In this document: piece after piece, positions 9,695 to 18,983 of the stretch
Layout: every line of letters starts with the position of its first letter
Numbering within the stretch: position 1 is the stretch's first letter
Source: Candidatus Sigynarchaeum calidifontis
GTDB taxonomy: Archaea > Asgardarchaeota > Lokiarchaeia > Sigyniarchaeales > Sigyniarchaeaceae
Length of the DNA: 44,593 nucleotides
NCBI GenBank assembly: GCA_030587475.2
Contig: JAUQYZ020000164.1
Coordinates: 1-44,593 of the forward strand
Direction: 5' to 3'
Position numbers and translations under genes: made by a program
Notes under the pieces: model-generated
Seen by the model: the letters and a program-made list of their open reading frames with translations, nothing else
Databases searched by the model: none
What the model was told of the DNA's origin: nothing

Positions 9695-12600
9695 CTACTG
9701 CAACGGGTTGTGTTCTATGCTGATGGCCGAGAAGACCGTGAAACCGGCCAACATGCCCGCGGCCGCAAGCACGAGGAAAATCCCGGCCACGATCAGCAAG
9801 CTGCTCATGTACGACAGCTTGAGGCCCGCCTCGCTCGACCCGGCACGCCGTGCAAGGGCACCGGGAACTTTAAGAGCCAGCACGTGCAGCACCATCGACC
9901 CGCCCGCGATGGCCAGGAGCCAGGGTAACGTATCCGCCAGCAAGCCGGCGATCAAGATACCGATGGTGATGTTGTTGCCCGAATCCACCTGGGCAGAGTG
10001 GAGAGCCGCGAGGAACCTTGGCAGCAAATAAAAGGCAACCCAGGCCGAAGACGCGGCGACGGCTGGCCACTGGAGCATCCACGCCTTGCCCACGACCCCG
10101 CGGGTCTCCGCCCATGTTAATCCCGCGGAGGACGCCGGGGCGCGGAATGCGAGGGAGTGGCTCGTGGTGATGAGCTCGCTCGCGAGCCACGACACGAGGA
10201 TGGTCAACGGGATGGTCAAAATTTTCACGAGAGGGCCTATCTCATCGAGCATGCTCACGAGCGACAATGACAAGTTGATGTAATGGATGTTGAAGAGCGT
10301 GTAATCCGCGAGGCTCAAGATGAAATAAATCATGCCTGGAGCGAAGATCATCGCGAGAAGAAATGGCTGGAGGATGCTGATGACGCGCGACTGGTAATCC
10401 AACGCCTCGATCGTTCCCGCATCGAAGCGGAACATGCCGGAAAGCGAGGCCCTAGCTTCTCTACTTTTTCCAGCATGCTCGATTTCCGCAGCAGTTTGCG
10501 ATGCTTTCTTGCCACCCGTTCCATGTCCACGCCGTGCATTGACCAAGACGATTGTGCCGGCCGCGAAAAAGCACGCCGCAGCGGCGATCACGACGACCAT
10601 GAACGTGGGGTTGGAGAACGGGAAGTAGGGGCTCTTGTATGCCTTGCGCGAGGGAGATTCGATGAGGTCGATCGCCCCGTTCTGGATGGCCGCGGCAAAC
10701 CCGTCAGACGTCACGTCGAGCTGCCCCTGGCCGTTGATCAAGGCAGTGTTGGATCCTTCGGTCGAGATCGTGTAGTCGTGGCCTGGCCTGCCCCAGTGCG
10801 GGTAGCCGGGGTTCGTGAGGAACTTCTTGCCGAGCGCGTAGACCTCGATCGAGTTCTCGTCGAGGTGCACGTGGCTCTGCGGGAAATACTTGTTGGAAAT
10901 GACGAGATACGTGGAATCGCGACCCCAGCCGCTCCGGAAACAAGCGAGGCCGCTGTCGAAGTATGCGAAGCCGCCGTTGGAACCCACGACAGGTTGACTC
11001 GGCGTGATGGGCGCTTCGTAGGCCACGAGGCGGTAAACGTCGGCCGCCGAGTTCTCGCTCCCGAGGGCAAACGGGAAGTACCAGCGGAGGTTGGAGGCGA
11101 GGACCGGGTTGGTCGCGTTGACCGGGAACGCGGCGATGCTGGCCATGGCACCGAGGCTCCCGTTGACCCCGCAATCCTCGAACACGGGCGTGTATCCCAG
11201 CGGGGTTACCGATGAGACCGTGTAGTTTAGGAACGCGAGGAATCGCGGGTTCGTGAAGTAATCGTACCCGCCGCAATGCCGCAAGGCGAGGTAGAACTTG
11301 ATCGCGTTCTCGAACGTGTAGCGGCCATAGATGTCCCCCTCGTAGCACGGCCCGTTCGGCCGGACGCGGTTTGCAAGGTAGGCATCGTTCGCGTTCTGCG
11401 TGAGCTGGATCCAAGTCGTGTTCTTGAAGAGAAGGCCGCCGATGCCGAGCGCGACGCTGCCCACGACGGCATGGTTGTTCGTCGGGACGGCGCCCGATGC
11501 CGCCGCATCCGCGAGCGCGAGCAGCTTCGGCATGAGCTTCTGCTCGATGGCCGTGCGGTTGGCGGTGCTCATGTTGTTATAAATCATGTCATAGGCAATC
11601 AAGTAAGGATACAAGGTCGTCGACCGCGAGATGAATTGGGCGGTGTCCCATGTCAAGCCTTCTGGTTGAACCGCATCGATGTCCAGCATCGCTTGCACGG
11701 CGCTGTCGATCAAGGCTTGATCCTTGTTGATGAGCCCCTTGAAAGCGTTAACCAGGACACTTTCACCCCAAAGGCTGCTGTACCATGCCTGCCAAGGCCC
11801 AGGGGTGGTCCCGTTGCACTTGGCACGGAGGGCTTCGAGGTCGCTTCCATCGAACAAGAGGTAGGGGTGCGGGCGGGCGGCGAGGGATGCAACGTTGAAG
11901 GGTGTCGACGCGACGACGGGCGCGGGGGAACCCTGCCCGCGGCCCGCTTGAACGAGGTTAGCGCTGGTCGCGTTGTAGAAGCCAGATGTCGATTGCCCTG
12001 AATACACCGTCGAAGCACCGAAGCGGGCAACCGTCGTGTCATCGAAGAGGAACCACTGGAGGTCGTTCGTCGCGTTCAAGCGATACCCGCAATAATTGCC
12101 GGAGATCGTCGCGTTGCCGTCGCTCACCTCGTGAGGCGCCGCTTGATCCGCTGCCTGGAAGAGGAAATGATCGGTGCCGTTCACCGTGATGGCAAGATGG
12201 CCGCCGGGAATGGCTTTGATCGAGACGGGGAGGTGGGGCACGGTCGCGTTGCCGAAGGTCATGACCGTGACGAGGCGGCGGGCAGCCGTGCTTGCCGGGC
12301 GCACCTTGATGTACTCGACGGCGTCGTGGACGTGGTAGTTGTACACGTTGCCGACATGGTTGGTAATCGTGACAGGCGTTCCCGCGAACCGCAGCCGCAT
12401 GCTCGTGCCTGATTGGTCGAAAATCGCCTCCCCGGCCGTGGCGTTGAAGGAAAGCGCGCCATAACTGTGAAAAACGAGATCGATGTTCCTACCTGGCTCG
12501 AACTCGTCGATGATGAGGAAGTAACCTGGATCATCGCTGCCGTCGGGAGGCCGGATGTAGATCACGTTGCGCGTGAAGCCGCCGTTGTCTGGATAGAGAT

Positions 12601-12700
12601 AATTACCAATCAAAACGGGCACGACGCCGGCCGCGCACGCGATCGCGAGCAGCACGGTTCCGGCGGCGATGCCCTTTCTCGATGCGGTTTGGAATGCCAT
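9695..12700 (-). CDS. Membrane-anchored heparinase II/III-family (PL15/17/21-like) polysaccharide lyase with multi-TM C-terminus
   Basis: HPYLLF toroid start, TNNH, YEGDIYGRY, FRSGW, SHVHLDENSIEVYALGKKFLTNPGY, NTALINGQGQ; many N-x-S/T sequons; N-terminal TM and about 6 C-terminal TMs. Confidence 0.8.
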   Translation of the reverse strand: MAFQTASRKGIAAGTVLLAIACAAGVVPVLIGNYLYPDNGGFTRNVIYIRPPDGSDDPGYFLIIDEFEPGRNIDLVFHSYGALSFNATAGEAIFDQSGTSMRLRFAGTPVTITNHVGNVYNYHVHDAVEYIKVRPASTAARRLVTVMTFGNATVPHLPVSIKAIPGGHLAITVNGTDHFLFQAADQAAPHEVSDGNATISGNYCGYRLNATNDLQWFLFDDTTVARFGASTVYSGQSTSGFYNATSANLVQAGRGQGSPAPVVASTPFNVASLAARPHPYLLFDGSDLEALRAKCNGTTPGPWQAWYSSLWGESVLVNAFKGLINKDQALIDSAVQAMLDIDAVQPEGLTWDTAQFISRSTTLYPYLIAYDMIYNNMSTANRTAIEQKLMPKLLALADAAASGAVPTNNHAVVGSVALGIGGLLFKNTTWIQLTQNANDAYLANRVRPNGPCYEGDIYGRYTFENAIKFYLALRHCGGYDYFTNPRFLAFLNYTVSSVTPLGYTPVFEDCGVNGSLGAMASIAAFPVNATNPVLASNLRWYFPFALGSENSAADVYRLVAYEAPITPSQPVVGSNGGFAYFDSGLACFRSGWGRDSTYLVISNKYFPQSHVHLDENSIEVYALGKKFLTNPGYPHWGRPGHDYTISTEGSNTALINGQGQLDVTSDGFAAAIQNGAIDLIESPSRKAYKSPYFPFSNPTFMVVVIAAAACFFAAGTIVLVNARRGHGTGGKKASQTAAEIEHAGKSREARASLSGMFRFDAGTIEALDYQSRVISILQPFLLAMIFAPGMIYFILSLADYTLFNIHYINLSLSLVSMLDEIGPLVKILTIPLTILVSWLASELITTSHSLAFRAPASSAGLTWAETRGVVGKAWMLQWPAVAASSAWVAFYLLPRFLAALHSAQVDSGNNITIGILIAGLLADTLPWLLAIAGGSMVLHVLALKVPGALARRAGSSEAGLKLSYMSSLLIVAGIFLVLAAAGMLAGFTVFSAISIEHNPLQ

Positions 12701-12802
12701 GGTGTTACCTTCGGGGTGTGTCTACCTCGATCCATCCACCCGGGGGGCATAAAGCTTGATCCATCCCCCCGGAGCCAAGGTGGGAAAATTATATACCTTG
12801 AA

Positions 12803-12924
12803 CAAGTACATTCATCTAAAGTACAACGATCTATCGCCATGAAGGATCATTGATCTTGTACTAGACTAATGCAAGTACATTCATCTTGCACTACGCTAAC
12901 GCAAACATGTTGATCTTGTATAAA
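12803..12924. repeat. Array of ~15-nt motifs (consensus near CAAGTACATTSATCT) with 30-bp periodic units in the divergent lyase/Ubl promoter
   Basis: Motif copies at 12803, 12818, 12842, 12872, 12902; 30-bp units start 12851, 12881, 12911; last copy abuts TGTATAAA (12917-12924). Confidence 0.75.
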
Positions 12925-12948
12925 TCTGGCGGAATTAAGTGAACAATT

Positions 12949-13209
12949 ATGATGATTCAAGTTGAAGATTCCCGGACAGGGAAATTAATCAAATTAGACG
13001 TAAAAGAGCATCACAAGATAGAGAGGATAGTTGACATCATTTTAAAGCACATGGGCCTGCTCCAGGAGAACCGATCGTACACGCTCGTTCTCGATGGGAA
13101 GGAACTCAACCCGCAACTCACGATCGAAGACTGCATTCATAAGATGGGCTTGAAGGAGAACGACAAGCTCACGCTCTGGGCCCGGGTCGTCGGCGGTAGC
13201 GCTTTTTAA
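12949..13209 (+). CDS. Ubiquitin-like protein (beta-grasp), precursor with GG followed by SAF
   Basis: IQVEDSRTGKLIKLDV...LVLDGKEL...TIED..GLKENDKLTLWARVVGG-SAF parallels the ubiquitin pattern. Confidence 0.88.
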   Translation: MMIQVEDSRTGKLIKLDVKEHHKIERIVDIILKHMGLLQENRSYTLVLDGKELNPQLTIEDCIHKMGLKENDKLTLWARVVGGSAF

Positions 13210-13279
13210 GTAGTTGTAATGCTCCGCGCATTCTCGCTATCCTTTTTTGGTTCCGTATCGGAAGAAGGTTAGGAAAAAA

Positions 13280-16200
13280 TTACGAGTAGATATGCTGGCT
13301 ATACGGCCAGAGGTCTTCGAGAAGGGCTGCGAGATCGGTCCTGAAGGACACCAGCTGGCCGTAATCGTGATTGATGAATTGTGGCCGCTCGCCAACGAGC
13401 TGGTTCAAGCGAACCTCCATCGCGGCGACCCGCCCGAGGAGGCTCGATGGAATCGGCCCGGTCACGTTCTGGTAGGCGACCGTCGTGCGCATGAGCCAGA
13501 TGTACTCGAAATCCTCGACCCCGGCGCTGAAGCTGAGCAGCCGGAGGGAAGGCAAGGGGCGGCTCGTGCGCGGGTCACGGAAGCAGAGCTGCCCGTCGCC
13601 GTTGCCGTCGAACCCGGCGCGGTACGTGTCGTTGCTCGCCGTCATGGACCAGTAAAGGAACCCGTCTGCATTGAACCTGGCGCAGATGTACGGCAGCAGG
13701 CGCGGGTCGTGCCCCGCCTCCCAGAGCTGCATGTTCGGGTACGGGGCGGTCGGGCCGACGCACACGTAGAACCAGTATTCTTGCCCTGCCGCGTGGCGGT
13801 TGGTCACCGCGCTTGGTTCGAAATTGCCGATGACGGGGCACCAGATGTCGACGACGTCGTGGAGGATCGGGTACTCGGCGCGGTACTCTTCGGTCAGCAG
13901 CGTCCGCAGCTTCGAGGTGCCCGAGTGGTAGAGCGCGTTCACGTCGTGGATGTGCTGGTACCGCTCCACGGGCGGCTCGTCCGTCCAGTAATTGTACGGG
14001 AGCTCGACCCACGAGTGAACCCGCCCGATCTGGTCGGTCCACGTCCTGCTCTCGAGGTGCGCGCTCACCGCCTGGACGAAATCCGCCTGGATCTGCCGCC
14101 ACAGCGTGTCGTTCGTGATCGAGGCGGGCCTCGAGGGGAAATACCCCTGGCGAACGCCCGTGAAACCTCGGTCTAGCTGCGCCTGGAACGCGGCATCGTA
14201 GGCGGCCCAATTGAACTCGAACGCGGTCCCGTTCCACCAGTACTGCACCCCGCTGGTGAACGGTATGCCCATGTCGTACTGCGAGATGCGGAGGTAGGAC
14301 AGCTCGTCGAACCATGACGGGGTCGTCCAGCCGCCGCCAAACGCGGTGCGCAGGTGGTTGTCTTGCGGGAGCGTGAAGTTGAAGACGGTCAAGGCAACGG
14401 GCACCGAGTAGGACTTCCCGCTCACGATCAACGTGATCGTGCTGGTGTAACTACCGGCCGACGCGTTCACCGGGACCCGAACGCGCCAAAACAAGTCGAC
14501 GTGCTCGCCACCGGCTCGGGTGATCGCCGGGGGGATCTCCAGCAGTTGATCCGGCTGCTCGTCGACGAGATACGCGACGAGGAACGATTCGACCAGGCCG
14601 TGATCGATGCTCGTGGGAAGCGTGGCATGCACGAAATCGCTGCAGTTCACGCTGGTCACCACGATGGTGCGGCCCTCGCGTGGCGAGACGAGCACGTGCC
14701 ATCCCTCCCACTCGCCCCTCGCGGCCGAGATCTCGATGCGCTGCGCGGCCGGCGCGCTGGCCGACAGGTCGATGCGGAACGACCGCTCGACCTTCACGGT
14801 GGCTTCCACCGACCAGATCCCGAGCACGTCGTCCTTGACGAGCAGCGGCCGCACGCGCGCCGGGTAGACGACCGTGCCCTGGACGATGGCGAACGACGCG
14901 CCGAGGGCGGCGATCATGGCGATGGCAATGATCTTTTGTCTTGCGGGCGGGAGCTTGTTGCGCACGATACCGGCGATCTTGCTCGTCACGGGAAAAAGAG
15001 GCTTTCTCGGGCGAGGCGCTGGCAAGTTACTCGCCAGGAGGGGCTTTCGCGGGTACCGCCACCTGAACACGCGGTACCCGAGATCGACCAGCCAGAAGAC
15101 GATCGTCACGCCGGGGATGATCGTGCTGGCTGTCATGAAGACCAGCTCGAGAAGGACCATCACCTCCGTGATCGGTTCCTGGACCATCTGGCCGTCGTGC
15201 TGGAACCGGTCGACGAAACAGACGAGCAGGAACACGCCGGTGAACGCGAGCGAGAGGAAAATCGTCAAGAAGTAGTTCCGCTCGATGTCGTGCGCCCGGT
15301 ACATGTAAAAATGCGTGGCAAGCGTCGCAGCGATCCAGAACCCGAGCAAGAGGCCGGCGACGATCACGAAGCTCTCCGAGAACGGCAGGGAATAATCGGC
15401 GAGAAACGCGTCGTATTGCTCGAAGATGAAAAAGAACGTCGGGAGCATAAATAGCGATGGCTCCGGTACGATGCTCATCGTGAACAAGCCGAGCAGCATC
15501 CCGAGCAGCATCCACGGGAGCAGCACGAACGCGCGCTCGAAGACCCACTCGTCGGGGACGGTCATGAAGGCGATCGCGGCGATCATGGCGGTCGTCCCCG
15601 CGGTGAACGCCCCGTTCAACACGTTTCGCACCCGTCGCCATGCCAGGTTGCGCGGGTTCACCATCCATGCCCGCTGCATGTCGTGGATCGTGCCGGCCTT
15701 GTCGGCCACCTCGCTGCGGGAGAAGAGCGTGAGCTGGAACAGATTCTTCGCGAGGAACACCCGCCGCTTCCGCAGCACGAGGGAGAACGGTCGCTTCGCC
15801 AGGCTGGCCATGGCGAGCGCGCCCAAGCCGGAGCATGCCGCCGACACCAGCGCCGCGTTCGCGTCGCCGGTTCCGAGGATCAAGGCCCCGTTCAACGTGA
15901 GCACGCCGGTGACGGTTCCTACCAACAAGAACAACCGCAACCGCCACGCGTTGCTGACGAAAAACCACTGCCGCCACCACGAGAGGCTTGCCACCTCCAC
16001 GCGGGGCCCGGGGGCGGGCACCTCCTGGGCAACGAGCAGCCACGTCCCCACGAGTCCCAGCGCGAGCGCGACGCACAGGAGAATGGTGGAGACCCATGGC
16101 TGCATCAAGATGGTCCAGCCAACTGGCCCCTGCCGGTTGCCCGCGAAGAAGGCTTGTATCTCCCCGTAGGCGACCGAGAACCACGCGACGAGCACCGACC

Positions 16201-16525
16201 CCGCGACGAGCATGACGATGGTGAAAGGCCTCGCCCGCGCGGGACTCAAGAAAAACGCGACGATGGCGGCGGTTATCACGAAGAAAACCGCGTAGTAGAC
16301 GATTTGCGGCAGGATGATCTCCCCCATTGGCTCCATGGGCACCTTCGCGAACCGGTCGTCCCACAGCGTGAACGCGAGGTCGTAGGCGCTCTTGCCCTCG
16401 AGAAAGAGGCACGTGATGGCGGCCCAGAAGTTCAACAGCAGCGCTGAAAACACGGAATTCACGAGAAACGACTTGCCTTGCTCCGCCGGGCTCGTGCTGC
16501 CCGGCTCCGTGACCCTTGTGCTCAT
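13280..16525 (-). CDS. Multi-TM membrane domain fused to GH123-like/DUF4091 glycoside hydrolase
   Basis: About 13 hydrophobic segments in the first ~550 aa; ARGEWEG, VFNFTLP, WTDEP, WFYVCVGP..PYPN, GFLYW, GDGQL..PSLRL..GVEDFEY. Confidence 0.8.
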   Translation of the reverse strand: MSTRVTEPGSTSPAEQGKSFLVNSVFSALLLNFWAAITCLFLEGKSAYDLAFTLWDDRFAKVPMEPMGEIILPQIVYYAVFFVITAAIVAFFLSPARARPFTIVMLVAGSVLVAWFSVAYGEIQAFFAGNRQGPVGWTILMQPWVSTILLCVALALGLVGTWLLVAQEVPAPGPRVEVASLSWWRQWFFVSNAWRLRLFLLVGTVTGVLTLNGALILGTGDANAALVSAACSGLGALAMASLAKRPFSLVLRKRRVFLAKNLFQLTLFSRSEVADKAGTIHDMQRAWMVNPRNLAWRRVRNVLNGAFTAGTTAMIAAIAFMTVPDEWVFERAFVLLPWMLLGMLLGLFTMSIVPEPSLFMLPTFFFIFEQYDAFLADYSLPFSESFVIVAGLLLGFWIAATLATHFYMYRAHDIERNYFLTIFLSLAFTGVFLLVCFVDRFQHDGQMVQEPITEVMVLLELVFMTASTIIPGVTIVFWLVDLGYRVFRWRYPRKPLLASNLPAPRPRKPLFPVTSKIAGIVRNKLPPARQKIIAIAMIAALGASFAIVQGTVVYPARVRPLLVKDDVLGIWSVEATVKVERSFRIDLSASAPAAQRIEISAARGEWEGWHVLVSPREGRTIVVTSVNCSDFVHATLPTSIDHGLVESFLVAYLVDEQPDQLLEIPPAITRAGGEHVDLFWRVRVPVNASAGSYTSTITLIVSGKSYSVPVALTVFNFTLPQDNHLRTAFGGGWTTPSWFDELSYLRISQYDMGIPFTSGVQYWWNGTAFEFNWAAYDAAFQAQLDRGFTGVRQGYFPSRPASITNDTLWRQIQADFVQAVSAHLESRTWTDQIGRVHSWVELPYNYWTDEPPVERYQHIHDVNALYHSGTSKLRTLLTEEYRAEYPILHDVVDIWCPVIGNFEPSAVTNRHAAGQEYWFYVCVGPTAPYPNMQLWEAGHDPRLLPYICARFNADGFLYWSMTASNDTYRAGFDGNGDGQLCFRDPRTSRPLPSLRLLSFSAGVEDFEYIWLMRTTVAYQNVTGPIPSSLLGRVAAMEVRLNQLVGERPQFINHDYGQLVSFRTDLAALLEDLWPYSQHIYS

Positions 16526-16670
16526 GATGATCGCATATTTCCCCGGGCGCGGTTAAAAGAATTGCAATGCATCCCGCGGAACCGGTCGGCGGGCGGTTTT
16601 TTGTTGCACGCCGCACCTCGCGCCCGCCGTGTGCCGCCGTGGTGCCATGCCACCGTGCCACCGTGTTGGC

Positions 16671-17099
16671 CTAGAGCCCTTGCACGAGTACCGCGACCGT
16701 GCGCTGCCTGGGGCCGTCGAACTCGCACAGCATGATGCCTTGCCATGTCCCGAGGACGAGGCGTCCCTGGTCGACGATGGCCGTGACCGACGGGCCGACG
16801 ACGCTGGCCTTGATGTGCGCGTCCGAATTGCCCTCGGCATGGCGATATGCGTCGCCGCGCGGGTAGGAACGGGCGAGGCCTTTCAAGAGGTCGTCTTTCA
16901 CGTCCGGATCGGCGTTTTCATTTATCGTGATGGCGCACGTCGTGTGCGTGGCAAAGACCACGCAAGTGCCCGAGGTGATGCCCGATTTTTGCACCACGGC
17001 CTCAACCTGGCTCGTGATGTTCACGATCGACTCCCGTTCTGCCGTTCGTACCTGGAGGCGCTCGACGTGGGTCTTCATGATTTTCTGGCTCCTTGCCAT
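16671..17099 (-). CDS. yjbQ: YjbQ/UPF0047 family protein
   Basis: HTTCAITINENADPDV, YRHAEGNSDAHIK, LGTWQGIMLCEFDGPR. Confidence 0.93.
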   Translation of the reverse strand: MARSQKIMKTHVERLQVRTAERESIVNITSQVEAVVQKSGITSGTCVVFATHTTCAITINENADPDVKDDLLKGLARSYPRGDAYRHAEGNSDAHIKASVVGPSVTAIVDQGRLVLGTWQGIMLCEFDGPRQRTVAVLVQGL

Positions 17100-17165
17100 G
17101 ACTCTCGATGAGATGATATCGAATCATTTCATTCCAGATGGTACTGGTTTGGAAAAAGAGAAGGA

Positions 17166-18983
17166 TTACTTGAGTTTTGTGCCGCATTTGTTGCAAAATC
17201 GCATCCGGTTCGACACGGTATAGCCACAGCCAGGGCACTTGATGATGTCCGAGGTTGCTGCAGCTGCGGCTCCACCAGCACCCGCCTTGACTTCAGACTT
17301 TTTCTTCTGCTTTTTCATGTGCAGCAAATCCTCGGGAATGGATGTCTGGAAGAAAATGCTCATACCGCTGGGCCTGGCAGCCGCGCCGCCGCTGCTGACG
17401 GTTTTCTTTGCCGTGAAACCAGCCGAGAACGGGACGGCGCCACCTCCACTACCACCCGCCGGGGTCGCCGCGTGTGATTTGGCCGTGAGCGCGGCGAGGA
17501 AACTGGCCGTCGACGAGCTGCCGGCGGGTTGCGCTGCTGCTGGCTGCGGTGCGGCCTTGGCCGGTGAAGCAGCCGGTGCAGCAGCCGCTGGCTGCTTGGC
17601 TGCCGGCTGCTTGGAGAAGACGACTGGCCCGCTTGCTGTTGCCTTGGCCGCTGGCTTCGCGGCGGCGGGTACCGGGGCAACTTCCTCGATCTCGGGCAGC
17701 GCCTCCTCGACCCTGGGCTGCGCCACGGGGATCGGCTTTGCCTGGCGTGCCGGCACAGCGGGCCTCGTCGGCGGCAGCTCGGGCATCTCGACCGGCGGCT
17801 CCTCGGCCATCTCCTCGGCTGCCGAGAAGAGTGCCGCGGAACTGGCTGCTTTCGGCGCGGGGGCGGGCACGGGTGCCACGGGAGTTGCCACGGGCTTGGG
17901 CTTCACTGCCGGCTGTGCCCTGGGTTGCGGCTGCGCCGCGGGCACGCTCAACGCGATCGGCGTCGGCTTCGGGAGGGGCTGCACCGAGGGAACTGCTGGC
18001 CGGGAAACGGGCTGCACCGCTGGCCGAGCTGGCTGCTGCGCCGGGGTTGCAGGCCGGGCAGCAGGCTGAACTGCTGGCTGTGTCGCGGGCCGGGGCGCGG
18101 GTGCCGCTGCCGGCTTCGGGGGGCTTGTTGCCGCGGGCTTGGGAACGGGCGCGGCGACCGGCTTCGGGAGAGACGCCACTGCTGGTTTCGGTGGGGCTAC
18201 CGCCGCGGGCCTCGGGAGCGGTTGGACCGCGGGCACGGCGGCCGGCCTCGGCGCGGGCGCTGGCGCGGGTGCCGGCGCGGGAACCTCCACGTCGGCATAC
18301 TCGTCAGCGCCGCCGAACTCGTCCGCGACCGGGATCGCCGCGGGCGCTGGCGCGGCTTGCACCTGCGGGATGGCCAGCTGTGGCCTCGCCGCCGCGGCAG
18401 CGGGCGCGGCTGCTGCCATGCCGGGCACCACGCCAAGCTGCTTCATGACGTTCGGGTATTCCTCGGGAGGCATCTTGATGTTCATCATGGCGTAGGCGAG
18501 CCCGTGAAAGCAGTCGCCGACCGATTCGCCGGTCTTGGCCGAGGTCTCGTAGTAGTAGGGGATGCCCATCTGCTTGCAGAACGCCCAAGCCTCCTCCGCC
18601 GACACGACACGTGGCAGGTCGATCTTGTTGCCGACGAGCACGTAGGGCACCTTGCCCGCGTTGGACTCGAGTTCCTCGACCCAGTTCGCCAGGTGGTCGA
18701 ACGATTCCCTGTTCGTGACATCGAACACGAGCAGCGCGCCCATGGCACCGCGATAATAAAGGGGACGCACGAAACTGAACCTTTCTTGACCGCCCGTGTC
18801 CCATATTTGGAGCTTCGCACGCTTCTGCGCTACTTCCAGCAATTTGACAGAGAAATCGACACCGACGGTCATCTTGTACGATTCCTGGAAGTATCCTTGC
18901 GAGAACCGGACGGTCAACGCCGTCTTGCCACAGCCACCATCACCGAGCACGATGCACTTGAATAGGAAGTCATATTCTTCCAT
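17166..18983 (-). CDS. Rab-like small GTPase with long Pro/Ala-rich tail and C-terminal zinc ribbon
   Basis: GDGGCGKT, TVGVDF, KLQIWDTGGQERF, YYRGA, LVFDVT, GNKID, ETSAK; tail ends CPGC..FCNKCG. Confidence 0.93.
   Translation of the reverse strand: MEEYDFLFKCIVLGDGGCGKTALTVRFSQGYFQESYKMTVGVDFSVKLLEVAQKRAKLQIWDTGGQERFSFVRPLYYRGAMGALLVFDVTNRESFDHLANWVEELESNAGKVPYVLVGNKIDLPRVVSAEEAWAFCKQMGIPYYYETSAKTGESVGDCFHGLAYAMMNIKMPPEEYPNVMKQLGVVPGMAAAAPAAAAARPQLAIPQVQAAPAPAAIPVADEFGGADEYADVEVPAPAPAPAPAPRPAAVPAVQPLPRPAAVAPPKPAVASLPKPVAAPVPKPAATSPPKPAAAPAPRPATQPAVQPAARPATPAQQPARPAVQPVSRPAVPSVQPLPKPTPIALSVPAAQPQPRAQPAVKPKPVATPVAPVPAPAPKAASSAALFSAAEEMAEEPPVEMPELPPTRPAVPARQAKPIPVAQPRVEEALPEIEEVAPVPAAAKPAAKATASGPVVFSKQPAAKQPAAAAPAASPAKAAPQPAAAQPAGSSSTASFLAALTAKSHAATPAGGSGGGAVPFSAGFTAKKTVSSGGAAARPSGMSIFFQTSIPEDLLHMKKQKKKSEVKAGAGGAAAAATSDIIKCPGCGYTVSNRMRFCNKCGTKLK

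Noticed and set aside
12803-12924. Possible mini-CRISPR array
   Set aside because: 30-bp period is too short, the spacers resemble each other and no cas genes are present
13247-16661. Long alternative-frame/antisense ORFs (e.g. 15027-16661, 14354-15454, 13247-14176)
   Set aside because: Shadow ORFs of a GC3-biased real gene; Arg/Gly-rich with no motifs. The same applies to similar ORFs throughout the window
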